Positions 63,201 through 64,000 of a stretch of DNA of 64,000 nucleotides are shown piece by piece. This DNA comes from Scyliorhinus canicula (taxonomy: Eukaryota): NCBI RefSeq assembly GCF_902713615.1, contig NC_052175.1, positions 7,643,941-7,707,940 of the forward strand. Direction: 5' to 3'. The notes under the pieces were generated by a model. That model saw nothing but the letters and a program-made list of their open reading frames with translations, was not told the DNA's origin and searched no databases. The position numbers and the translations under genes were made by a program. Position 1 is the stretch's first letter. Each line of letters begins with the position of its first letter.

Positions 63201-64000
63201 CTTCCGCCTTTCTGGTCGTCAGTAGGTCAAATCTGGCCTGTAGGCTACGCCTCTCCACCAGCAATCCCTCCTCCGGGGCCTCCGCATATCTCCTATCCAC
63301 CTGCACCATCTCCCCGATCAGTCTTTCCCTTCCCCTCTGCTCCCCCCTCTCCCTATGGGCTCGGGTGGAGATCAATTCCCCCCTCATCACCGCCTTCAAT
63401 GCCTCCCAGACCGTCCCCACCCGAACCTCCCCGTCATCATTGGCCTCGAGGTATCTCTCAATACACCCCCGGACCCTCCTGGCCACCTCTTCCTCTGCCG
63501 CCAGCCCCACCTCCATGCGCCAGAGCGGACGTTGGTCCCTCTCTTCCCCCAGCCCGAGGTCCATCCAGTGCGGGGCATGGTCCGAAATGGCAATGGCGGA
63601 GTATTCCACTTCCTCCACCCTCGGCACCAGCCCCCTGCTCAGGACAAAAATGTCAATCCTCGAGTAGGCCTTATGTACATGGGAGAAAAACGAGTATTCC
63701 CTGGCCCTTGGCCTCTCAAACTTCCAAGGGTCCACCCCCCCCCCTAATCTGGTCCATAAATCCCCTCAGCACCTTAGCCGCCGCCGACCTCCGACCCGTC
63801 CGGGACTTGGATCGATCCAATGGGGGATCCAGCACAGTGTTAAAGTCTCCCCCCATGATCAGACCCCCCACCTCCAGGTCCGGAATGCGGCCCAGCTACG
63901 CCGCATGAACCTCGCATCGTCCCAATTTGGAGCATAAACATTCACCAACACTACCCGCTCCCCCTGCAGCTTGCCACTCACCATCACGTACCTCCCGCCA
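60218..64000 (-). mobile_element. L1-clade LINE ORF2 (EN, RT, C-terminal Cys/His motif), frameshifted, with poly(A) tail; continues past the window end
   Basis: SRID and SDHAP (EN); YRPISLLN, GTRQGCPVSP and YTDD (RT); CARC...H..MFWAC; T-rich tail at about 60215-60250 on the + strand. Confidence 0.93.

Overview
This is eukaryotic genomic DNA, most likely from a cartilaginous fish (inferred from HE1/V-SINE-type SINEs and shark-type CR1 LINEs; catshark-like). Most of the window is retrotransposon debris: many CR1 LINE copies (several nested), at least 20 tRNA-derived SINEs, an L2-like fragment, a Penelope-like element and an L1-clade element. Almost all ORFs in the supplied track are reading frames of these repeats. 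The one convincing host gene is at 24217-25845 (+) and is split across frames in the ORF track. It is a non-rearranging antigen-receptor-like gene with three exons: a leader exon (24217-24259), one exon encoding a V domain with a built-in J-like G strand and no RSS (25112-25451), and a C1-set exon (25543-25845) after a 91-nt intron. All splice sites are phase 1 and canonical, but the V exon has one net extra base in CDR1. It is therefore a recent pseudogene, a null allele or an assembly error. Its hinge, TM and tail exons could not be identified with confidence. A second unexplained structure is a 10-unit, 131-bp tandem array (57361-58660) whose units carry CCAAT and octamer motifs.
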